This document shows positions 63,086 to 64,000 of a DNA stretch of 64,000 nucleotides, one piece after another. Both the position numbers and the translations under genes were made by a program. Positions within the stretch are counted from its first letter, which is position 1; each line of letters opens with the position of its first letter. Origin of the DNA: Octopus bimaculoides (taxonomy: Eukaryota); NCBI RefSeq assembly GCF_001194135.2, contig NC_069002.1, forward strand, positions 14,560,577 through 14,624,576, given 5' to 3'. Under the pieces are notes generated by a model. The model saw only the letters and a list, made by a program, of their open reading frames with translations, was not told where the DNA came from and did not search any database.

Positions 63086-64000
63086 TGATTGGGCGAAACT
63101 TAATCTTTATTTCTTTATTGATGTGGATTAGTTGAGCAGAGTGAGGAACCGTTCCTATTGATCTTCTCATATTTTCATCTCAATCAAATATTGTTTGGGG
63201 CTTTGTTTATCTAATTATACACATCACGAACATATTTCATGATTATCTACATACAACACAACATCATACATACCTACATACATACATACATACACACTTA
63301 TAAATATATAAGTATACATAAATGCACATACATATACGCTTATATACATGCACACATACATACATATACATACCTATATACATACATATATGTGTGTGTG
63401 TGTGTGCGTGTGTGTGTATAGATATTTACAATCTCCCCAAACATACCCTCATGCACACAAAAACTCATAAATACACGTAGACACGTATACACACACATCT
63501 CACATAACAAATGATCTAGTAAGTCTTGTTAATCTACTTCTGTCTATTCACTTGGAGCAGAGGTAGCAGCAGCAGCAGCAGCAGCAGCTGTAGTAGTGGT
63601 GGTGGAGGTGGCGGTGGTGTGAATATCTGTTATTCCATTATTATATTTATTTAGTGAAAACTCATCATTTTCATATTTGCCCAAGCATGCAGCAACTGTC
63701 AGTTGAGAACGATCGACTGACCCTTTCATCCTTACAAACGATTGATAAAATATCGATTCCTTAGCTATGCTGGTGCAGGGCCAAATACTCACAAACAGAA
63801 ATGGTATCTTTATTTGTAGTTATGAAGTCTCCAGCCGTGACCACTCCGTTCTCTCCTATTCAGGTACGTAGCACCCAGGTCTCATGACTCCATATGCACC
63901 GATTCAGGACCGAAACTCTTAATTTTTGCCTCACTTTTGTAACTTTAATGGTGACTAAAAATAATACACATGTGTCTGTATTGAGTTCTTTTTCTTCTTA

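Overview
AT-rich eukaryotic sequence, dense in microsatellites, from a gapped draft assembly (15 N-runs, most next to (TA)n or (TTA)n arrays). The repeat landscape fits a cephalopod (Octopus-like) genome best; this is inferred from recall and was not checked by search. I recognised no host protein-coding exon and no true tRNA or rRNA gene. Most ORFs in the supplied track are microsatellite or N read-throughs. The window consists largely of decayed transposable elements: three pieces of one mariner family, a near-full-length DD37D (maT-type) element, several restriction-endonuclease-type (R4/Dong-like, HERO) LINE fragments, RTE, CR1/L2-like and Penelope-like (PLE) fragments, and at least five tRNA-derived SINE families. 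The most unusual structure occurs at two loci (15.8-16.1 kb and 37.3-38.2 kb). It is a head-to-head inverted pair of tRNA-headed elements whose visible arms end in a PLE-type minimal hammerhead ribozyme motif (CUGAUGA-stem II-GAAAC). Also notable: R4-like LINEs repeatedly flanked by (CATA)n or (TAA)n arrays, a PLE with twin-priming-style 5' inversion, a HERO copy with an 18-bp candidate target-site duplication, and a long-arm foldback element.
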